A stretch of 4,486 nucleotides of DNA from a virus (lineage: Duplodnaviria > Heunggongvirae > Uroviricota > Caudoviricetes), in IMG/VR virus record IMGVR_UViG_2630968639_000001, positions 1-4,486 of that record, one strand, 5' to 3'. The first letter of the stretch is position 1, and each line of letters begins with the position of its first letter. The translations under genes were made by a program, and so were the position numbers. This document shows, piece by piece, positions 1-4,486 of the stretch. The notes under the pieces are model-generated. The model had not been told where the DNA came from, ran no database searches, and saw only the letters and a program-made list of their open reading frames with translations.

Positions 1-446
1 GCACCTTTGTGTGTGATACGCAGGCGTGTACCGATGCCATTATTAATTGCGTTACCACCAGCAGCACCGGCAGCGTTACTACCACCATTGCCACCGCGTC
101 CATAGACAGTCACACCTGCGTTGATTACAAGGCTGATATAAGAGTTGGTAAGTGAACTCGGGAAATCTAAACATGGCACGCCGCTACTGGACGACACCAG
201 ATCCCCTGTAATGGTAACAACGACTGGCGTCGCCCCCTGGGATTTTAAATAGTTGATCAGTGTGTCTTTGTTGTAGTTATGATTCGCACCGATGCTGTAC
301 TGAACTTCTTTAGATCGCCCGGCCATTTGAGACATTGAACCAGCCGCTGGCAGTTGCACCGCCGTTCGAGCCGCACTCATCCATCTCTGGCCTGTCACAC
401 TGACAGCCGAAGACCCAATCCAACCGGGAACACCGACAATTGGCAC
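1..446 (-). CDS. Putative T2-type gp38-like tail-fibre adhesin, N-terminal part (3'-partial, continues beyond window start)
   Basis: Hand translation from GTG 446..444 gives MPIVGVPGWIGSSAVSVTGQRWMSAARTAVQLPAAGSMSQMAGRSKEVQYSIGANHNYNKDTLINYLKSQGATPVVVTITGDLVSSSSGVPCLDFPSSLTNSYISLVINAGVTVYGRGGNGGSNAAGAAGGNAINNGIGTRLRITHKG with no stop through position 1. AAGGAG (plus strand 454..459) sits 7 nt upstream of the GTG. The N-terminal VGVPGWIGSSAV..TGQRWMS motif and the glycine-rich GRGGNGGSN..GG motif match my recollection of T2/T6-type gp38 adhesins. The ORF track misses it because it is partial and GTG-initiated. Confidence 0.7.
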   Translation of the reverse strand, partial: MPIVGVPGWIGSSAVSVTGQRWMSAARTAVQLPAAGSMSQMAGRSKEVQYSIGANHNYNKDTLINYLKSQGATPVVVTITGDLVSSSSGVPCLDFPSSLTNSYISLVINAGVTVYGRGGNGGSNAAGAAGGNAINNGIGTRLRITHKG

Positions 447-453
447 ATCTAAT

Positions 454-459
454 CTCCTT
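454..459 (-). promoter_or_regulatory. Shine-Dalgarno (AAGGAG on minus strand) for the downstream adhesin-like ORF
   Basis: Plus strand ctcctt at 454..459 is AAGGAG on the coding strand, 7 nt upstream of GTG 446..444. Confidence 0.6.
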
Positions 460-480
460 TTTGATGTGAATATCCTGAAT

Positions 481-500
481 GGTGAGGGTGGCCCCTCACC
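481..500 (-). other. GC-rich intercistronic stem-loop (8-bp stem, 4-nt loop) between the fibre stop and the adhesin start
   Basis: GGTGAGGG (481-488) pairs perfectly with CCCTCACC (493-500). On the minus-strand transcript it lies 11 nt after the TAA and is followed by AUUCAGGAUAUU, with no U-tract. Confidence 0.4.
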
Positions 501-511
501 ATTCACCTTGA

Positions 512-3500
512 TTACATTTTTGCCTTCAGTTCGCGCACTTCCTCGCGCAGCTCTTTGACAGCCTCGACCAACATGCCGATAACGCCGTTGTAGTTAAGAC
601 GCAGACGAGGCTCTCCTGACTGATCGTTATGGTCAACCGTTACCAGTTCAGGCTGAACATTCTGGACGTCCTGAGCGATGAGGCCGCCAGACTGCTCATA
701 ACGGCCACAGACCTGAATCTCGTAGAGAACACCTTCGATCTGCTCCAGCTTGTCGAGCGCCCGCTCAATTTTGCGAATATTGCGCTTACTACGGCGGTCG
801 GAACGGATGTAAACGTCATTAAAACTACCGTTGCCTGCGCAAACCCAAGTGCCGTCGTTCTGGAGATAAGCGGCAGCGTCAGTGCCGTTTGCGGTACGTG
901 AGTTGTTGATCATGTAAAAACCAAACTGACTGTTTCCCAAGCCACCCAAGAAGAATTTGCGATCCGCGTGGTCTTGTCTCAACAACGCTTGTGCAGAGCT
1001 TGTACTTACAGCGTTCCTCCCGAAGATGACGTTCTGGTTACGCATATCTATCCACGCGCCAGAGCCGCTGTTGATGGAAAAACGGTTGGCGTAAACCCAC
1101 GCACTTGACGTGATGTCACCCGTTACACTCAACGGCTTAAGGCTTTGCAGCGTGCTATTAACGAACCTAAAAACATGGGCGCTATTGGCGTAAACATCCA
1201 GAATGCCATCTCCGTTCTGTTTAAAGCCGGTGTCATTGTCACCCAGAACAATGGAATTACCGCCAAGACCATTGACCACACCCAGCCCAAGACCACCGTT
1301 AACAACAGCACCATTGCCCATTGTTACTCTGCCATTAGTGAGATCTACATAAAATGGACGAAGCGAACCTATATCACCATTTTCTCCCTGGTCTTTTGCT
1401 GTCGGGATAAGGTAAAAATTATTTTCGGAACGGCGAAAAATCATCCCGTATGCCGCATCGTAAATGCGTAACCCATCCGTAGAGCGGATCTTAAGCTGTC
1501 CGGACATCGTACCGCCGCTGTTTTTCATAAATAGCGCATCAATCCAGCCTGCAAATCCCGACTTATTAATGTATAAATTTCCATCATTTGCCAGAATGCC
1601 TCCACCTTGCGTCTTGAGGGGCTGACTCACATTTTGCAGCGTCAGCACACCAGTCATTGTTCCGCCAGAAATCGGTAACGCACCGACATCAGCCGCAGTG
1701 GGTTTGAGAGCAGTGTTGTAATCTCTGCGCCAGGCAGGGGCATACGCGCTACCGTGATTAATATAGGTGAACTGAGCACTGGCAATACCACCTCCGGTTG
1801 TCGTTGTAGGCGTAGTAACTCGGATGGTCATTGCGCCTTCGTGACCTAAAACCTCGATAACCGCACCAGCAAGACAAATATTGCCGACACCTGTATCAGT
1901 GATAATTTTATTGTCGGCATATGACCAAGAGCCTTTCATCATCCAATACGGTACGGCGAAAGCACCACGCTCCTTCAGCCATGCGATAAATTCAGCGGTA
2001 GTCCAGTTGCCAGCCCCAGTACTGTATGACGCGCTAAACGTCTGTGCAGCCCCAACATCTTTCGCTGTGGGTTTATGAGCAGTGGTATAGACCTGCGCCC
2101 AACCAGACCAATTCGCTGTCGAAGTATCACGGCGTGAACGAACATAAACCGGTGCATGAGCACCATCCGTTCCGCTCCAGCCAACAAGCATCTCGCCCTC
2201 ACCAGAAGCACTCGCACCTTTCATGTGCAATACGTTGCCATACATGGTCGGGTAGCTATTGTTGTACGCCTCATACATTTGAATGCCAGCAGTGCCTTGA
2301 GTAGAGCCGCTTAACGCCGTAACTCGGCCACGAGATACCAATGTATTAATATTGATATCGCCTGAACCATCAAACTTAACACCATTGATGTTTCTCGCTG
2401 TTTGCAACTTCGTAGCCGTTGAAGCATTGCCATTCAAGCTACCATTTACGCCACCAGTAACATTGAGTCCATTAGCGATCGTAACAGCACCATTGGCATT
2501 GTTAATGATAAGCGGCCTTAAACTATTATAGGTTCCCAGGCTGTTACCCGAATTGGTCAACATGAAATATGTGTTTGAACCATCGTTTCGGATAAAGAAT
2601 CCGTAGCTTCCGTAGGCAATGCGCAGACCATTCGCCGATTTTGAAATGATCTCACCAGTAGCCGTTAAACCGCCGTTGAGATTTCCTCCGGTTATTGGTA
2701 ATGCGCCGACATCCGTGGCGGTCGGTTTAATGTGCGAACTGTAAATGACATATACCGTTCCATCAGTAAGACCAGTTGGTTTATTCGCTGTATAAGTTGG
2801 TGATGTATGAATCGTTACGCTGGCGTTACTGGTATAATCCCACTGAATATTAACACCTGTGGCGTAATTACCTATTTCAACATAAACATCATAGGTATCA
2901 CCGGATGTATTCACCCATGCAAAATTAGTAAATCCAACCGATGTCCGTCGCCATAATGCACCAGTAATACCCTTTGGATTTCCATTTCCGGCACGCAGAA
3001 CCAGCTCAGAGATGCCTGCTTGATGCGGGGAGCCAACGTTATACCCTGCACCACCAATCAGGCTTATGTAAACCACGGAACTGGCCTGTGGCATGGTTAC
3101 AGTTGCCAGCTTGAACCATCCGGCACCACCACTAAAAGATATTGTTGCTGAGTTGATCGTGCCTATAGACCTTGGAGTTAGCTCAATGTTTTTAGAACCG
3201 TCAAACGACACCCCATTAATAGTACGCGCAGTCTGCAACTTCGTAGCAGTAGCCGCATTACCTGTTGTATTCTGATTACCAGTCGTATTAACACCTGGCA
3301 AATTAATATTTGCAGTACCATCAAAGCTCACGCCGCCGATAGTTCTTGCCGTCTGTAGTTTTGTAGCAGTTGCGGCATTACCAGTGGTGTTCTGATTACC
3401 CGTAGTATTTACACCTGGAAGGTTGATATTTGCAGAACCGTCGAAACCAACTCCACCGATAGATCTTGCCGTCTGCAATTTCGTTGCTGTACTTGCATTA

Positions 3501-4486
3501 CCATTTAATGTTCCGGTGATACCACCAGTAACAGACAACGGACCTGAAACTGTTCCTCCGGTTGTTGGCAGTGCTCCAATATCTAACGGCGTCGGTTTCT
3601 GATGTGTGCTATACATCGTATAAACAACACCATAGGTAACGCTGGAAGGCTTACTCGCTGAATATGTTGGCGATGTATAAATAGAAACTGACGCATTTGC
3701 AGTACAATCCCAATGGATATTTACACTCGTCGCATAATTGCCAATTTCAACGTAAATATCATATGTATCGCCGGATGTGTTGATCCAGGCGAAATTCGCT
3801 AATCCGACAGCTGTACGCTTCCACAAAGCACCTGTAATTCCTTTGGGGTTTCCATTGCCTGCTCGTAGAACCAGTTCTGAAATGCCTGCCTGATGTGGGG
3901 AACCGACGTTGTAACCAGCGCCACCAATCAATGCGATGTAAACGATGGAACTCGCTTGTGGCATGGTAACCGTAGCCAGTTTGAACCACCCTGCCCCGCC
4001 AGAGAAAGACATCGTTACTGAATTTAAAGTACCAATATCTTTCGGCGTTAATGTGATATCCGCAGTCAGTGCTTTTCCGTTAACTTTTCGGTTAGATGGC
4101 ACCCTGCTATTCGCATTGTCATTGGCTGCTTTAACTGCTTTTGGCGTTGCGGCCAGCGATTCACTGGTGCTGTCGACAGCACTGCTAAGTTTCACAACAC
4201 CTTTAGTTGTAAGGCTTGCGTCTTCCATCGCAACTGCACCGGCAATCTCTTCAGCACGATCAGCAGCAGCTTCCGCACGGGTCGCAGCGGATTCAGCAGC
4301 AGTTTTGCTCTGAGATGCTGCCGTCGCACTGCCTGCCGCCTCTGTTGCCTTCGTGGATGCCGTCGTGGCGCTGCCCTTCGCTGCTGACGCCTGTCTGGTC
4401 GCCTCATCTTTTGAAGCAGACGCCGATGAGGCCGATGACGCCGCCGAACTGGCGGACGATGCGGCAGCCGTTTTTGAGGATTCTGC
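512..4486 (-). CDS. Side/long tail fibre protein, 5'-partial (N-terminus lies beyond window end); lambda Stf-like N-terminal region, repeated distal modules, C-terminal peptidase S74 intramolecular chaperone domain
   Basis: ORF track gives 1238 aa from ATG 4228..4226 to TAA 514..512. My hand translation of the minus strand over 4229..4486 in the same frame has no stop and reads AESSKTAAASSASSAASSASASSASKDEATRQASAAKGSATTASTKATEAAGSATAASQSKTAAESAATRAEAAADRAEEIAGAVA before MEDASLTT, so Met 4228 is internal. The following motif KGVVKLSSAVDSTSESLAATPKAVK matches the conserved lambda Stf-type motif from memory. KPTxxDVGALP motifs recur four times and ATKLQTAR tail-fibre repeats are present. No convincing SD precedes ATG 4228. 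Confidence 0.93.
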   Translation of the reverse strand, partial: AESSKTAAASSASSAASSASSASASKDEATRQASAAKGSATTASTKATEAAGSATAASQSKTAAESAATRAEAAADRAEEIAGAVAMEDASLTTKGVVKLSSAVDSTSESLAATPKAVKAANDNANSRVPSNRKVNGKALTADITLTPKDIGTLNSVTMSFSGGAGWFKLATVTMPQASSIVYIALIGGAGYNVGSPHQAGISELVLRAGNGNPKGITGALWKRTAVGLANFAWINTSGDTYDIYVEIGNYATSVNIHWDCTANASVSIYTSPTYSASKPSSVTYGVVYTMYSTHQKPTPLDIGALPTTGGTVSGPLSVTGGITGTLNGNASTATKLQTARSIGGVGFDGSANINLPGVNTTGNQNTTGNAATATKLQTARTIGGVSFDGTANINLPGVNTTGNQNTTGNAATATKLQTARTINGVSFDGSKNIELTPRSIGTINSATISFSGGAGWFKLATVTMPQASSVVYISLIGGAGYNVGSPHQAGISELVLRAGNGNPKGITGALWRRTSVGFTNFAWVNTSGDTYDVYVEIGNYATGVNIQWDYTSNASVTIHTSPTYTANKPTGLTDGTVYVIYSSHIKPTATDVGALPITGGNLNGGLTATGEIISKSANGLRIAYGSYGFFIRNDGSNTYFMLTNSGNSLGTYNSLRPLIINNANGAVTIANGLNVTGGVNGSLNGNASTATKLQTARNINGVKFDGSGDININTLVSRGRVTALSGSTQGTAGIQMYEAYNNSYPTMYGNVLHMKGASASGEGEMLVGWSGTDGAHAPVYVRSRRDTSTANWSGWAQVYTTAHKPTAKDVGAAQTFSASYSTGAGNWTTAEFIAWLKERGAFAVPYWMMKGSWSYADNKIITDTGVGNICLAGAVIEVLGHEGAMTIRVTTPTTTTGGGIASAQFTYINHGSAYAPAWRRDYNTALKPTAADVGALPISGGTMTGVLTLQNVSQPLKTQGGGILANDGNLYINKSGFAGWIDALFMKNSGGTMSGQLKIRSTDGLRIYDAAYGMIFRRSENNFYLIPTAKDQGENGDIGSLRPFYVDLTNGRVTMGNGAVVNGGLGLGVVNGLGGNSIVLGDNDTGFKQNGDGILDVYANSAHVFRFVNSTLQSLKPLSVTGDITSSAWVYANRFSINSGSGAWIDMRNQNVIFGRNAVSTSSAQALLRQDHADRKFFLGGLGNSQFGFYMINNSRTANGTDAAAYLQNDGTWVCAGNGSFNDVYIRSDRRSKRNIRKIERALDKLEQIEGVLYEIQVCGRYEQSGGLIAQDVQNVQPELVTVDHNDQSGEPRLRLNYNGVIGMLVEAVKELREEVRELKAKM
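515..802 (-). other. Peptidase S74 / intramolecular chaperone autoproteolytic domain (C-terminal 96 codons of the fibre CDS); predicted Ser/Lys dyad Ser 802..800 and Lys 787..785
   Basis: C-terminal sequence SDRRSKRNIRKIERALDKLEQIEGVLYEIQVCGRYEQSGGLIAQDVQNVQPELVTVDHNDQSGEPRLRLNYNGVIGMLVEAVKELREEVRELKAKM. The S-x4-K spacing and the GxIAQ..PELV...NYNG.IG.L.EA.KEL pattern fit the S74 chaperone domains of endosialidase tailspikes and T5 L-shaped fibre as I recall them. Confidence 0.8.
1295..1495 (-). repeat. Copy 2 of the paralogous 'GLRI...SLRP...NG.VT' module (aa ~912-978)
   Basis: IRSTDGLRIYDAAYGMIFRRSENNFYLIPTAKDQGENGDIGSLRPFYVDLTNGRVTMGNG; protein-level similarity only. Confidence 0.5.
2342..2440 (-). 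repeat. Isolated fourth, more diverged copy of the ATKLQTAR repeat unit
   Basis: Encodes SLNGNASTATKLQTARNINGVKFDGSGDININT (fibre aa ~597-629); nucleotide similarity to the array is visible around 2391-2440 against 3341-3390. Confidence 0.7.
2450..2650 (-). repeat. Copy 1 of a paralogous 'GLRI...SLRP...NG.VT' module within the fibre (aa ~527-593)
   Basis: ISKSANGLRIAYGSYGFFIRNDGSNTYFMLTNSGNSLGTYNSLRPLIINNANGAVTIANG aligns with the copy at 1295..1495; protein-level similarity only. Confidence 0.5.
2681..3187 (-). repeat. Copy 2 of the duplicated module of about 169 codons (fibre aa ~348-516)
   Basis: Protein IELTPRSIGTINSATISFSGGAGWFKLATVTMPQASSVVYISLIGGAGYNVGSPHQAGISELVLRAGNGNPKGITGALWRRT...KPTATDVGALPITGG. 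Plus-strand shadow ORFs 3093..3275 and 3945..4313 both begin MVTVASLNHPAPP, an independent sign of the duplication. Confidence 0.85.
3188..3502 (-). repeat. Tandem array of 120-nt (40-codon) repeats, about 2.6 copies, encoding ATKLQTAR-type tail-fibre repeats
   Basis: Units at 3383..3502, 3263..3382 and partial 3188..3262 encode GNA[AS]TATKLQTAR[ST]IGGV[GS]FDG[ST]ANINLPGVNTTGNQNTT. Blocks 3361-3420 and 3241-3300 align base for base with scattered mismatches. Confidence 0.85.
3551..4057 (-). repeat. Copy 1 of a diverged duplicated module of about 169 codons (fibre aa ~58-226)
   Basis: Protein ITLTPKDIGTLNSVTMSFSGGAGWFKLATVTMPQASSIVYIALIGGAGYNVGSPHQAGISELVLRAGNGNPKGITGALWKRT...KPTPLDIGALPTTGG aligns colinearly with copy 2. 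The nucleotide similarity is visible at an 870-nt offset, for example 3751-3810 against 2881-2940. Confidence 0.85.
4229..4486 (-). other. Ala/Ser/Thr-rich low-complexity segment of the fibre protein (lambda Stf-type shaft region), in frame with and upstream of Met 4228
   Basis: Hand translation codon by codon: 86 codons with no stop, dominated by A, S, T, K and E in short quasi-repeats (SAxxA, AAxSxx). Confidence 0.8.

Noticed and set aside
446-448. ATG preceded by AAGGAG at 5-nt spacing as the adhesin start
   Set aside because: That frame stops after 17 codons (TGA at 397..395). The long ORF is in frame with the overlapping GTG at 446..444.
481-500. Rho-independent terminator
   Set aside because: The stem is GC-rich and perfect, but no U-rich tract follows on either strand's transcript and a ribosome-binding site and gene follow immediately.
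629-901. Plus-strand ORF, 90 aa
   Set aside because: Lies entirely antisense to the S74 domain of the strongly supported fibre CDS; no recognisable motifs or RBS context.
512-1300. Diversity-generating retroelement target or invertible host-range segment (Gin/Cin/Pin-type) at the fibre 3' end
   Set aside because: No reverse-transcriptase or template repeat is present, the C-terminus is an S74 chaperone rather than a variable lectin fold, and I see no inverted repeats or alternate inverted fibre C-termini. The internal repeats are all direct.
1145-1471. Plus-strand ORF, 108 aa
   Set aside because: Antisense shadow inside the fibre CDS.
1881-2304. Plus-strand ORFs 1881..2078 and 2044..2304
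   Set aside because: Antisense shadows inside the fibre CDS with no coding-like features; the second is His/Pro/Gln-rich low complexity.
3188-3502. CRISPR-like or VNTR-type repeat array
   Set aside because: The repeats are 120 nt, contiguous without spacers, in frame and coding, and diverged between units; they are protein sequence repeats.
4226-4228. ATG at 4228 as the true start of the fibre gene (as given in the ORF track)
   Set aside because: The same frame continues upstream with no stop to the window edge and encodes a plausible Ala/Ser-rich Stf-type segment. No convincing Shine-Dalgarno precedes this ATG.
3093-4313. Plus-strand ORFs 3093..3275 and 3945..4313, both beginning MVTVASLNHPAPP
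   Set aside because: Their similarity simply mirrors the duplicated fibre module on the opposite strand; they are not independent genes.
1129-4407. Short minus-strand ORFs in alternative frames (1129..1314, 1975..2217, 3759..3989, 4192..4407)
   Set aside because: All are nested out of frame within the fibre CDS. The last is an Arg-rich artefact of reading the Ala/Ser-rich GC-biased region in another frame.

Overview
The window is almost entirely coding on the minus strand and reads as the distal end of a phage or prophage tail-fibre host-range module; I see no defence, toxin or other non-structural system. (1) A very large tail-fibre gene runs from beyond the window end (4486) to a TAA stop at 512-514. 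The ORF track starts it at the Met at 4228, but the frame stays open upstream through an Ala/Ser-rich segment to the window edge, so the gene is 5'-truncated by the window. It combines a lambda Stf-like N-terminal region, diverged internal duplications, and a C-terminal peptidase S74 self-cleaving intramolecular chaperone domain. (2) After a 65-nt spacer carrying a GC-rich stem-loop and a strong Shine-Dalgarno, a second minus-strand ORF starts at GTG 446..444 and runs off the window start. Its N-terminus and glycine-rich motif resemble T2-type gp38 tail-fibre adhesins. Together these look like a T2-type 'process then cap' fibre tip grafted onto a lambdoid side-tail-fibre N-terminus. All homology statements come from motif recognition by eye; no database search was possible. 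All plus-strand ORFs in the track appear to be antisense shadows of the fibre gene.
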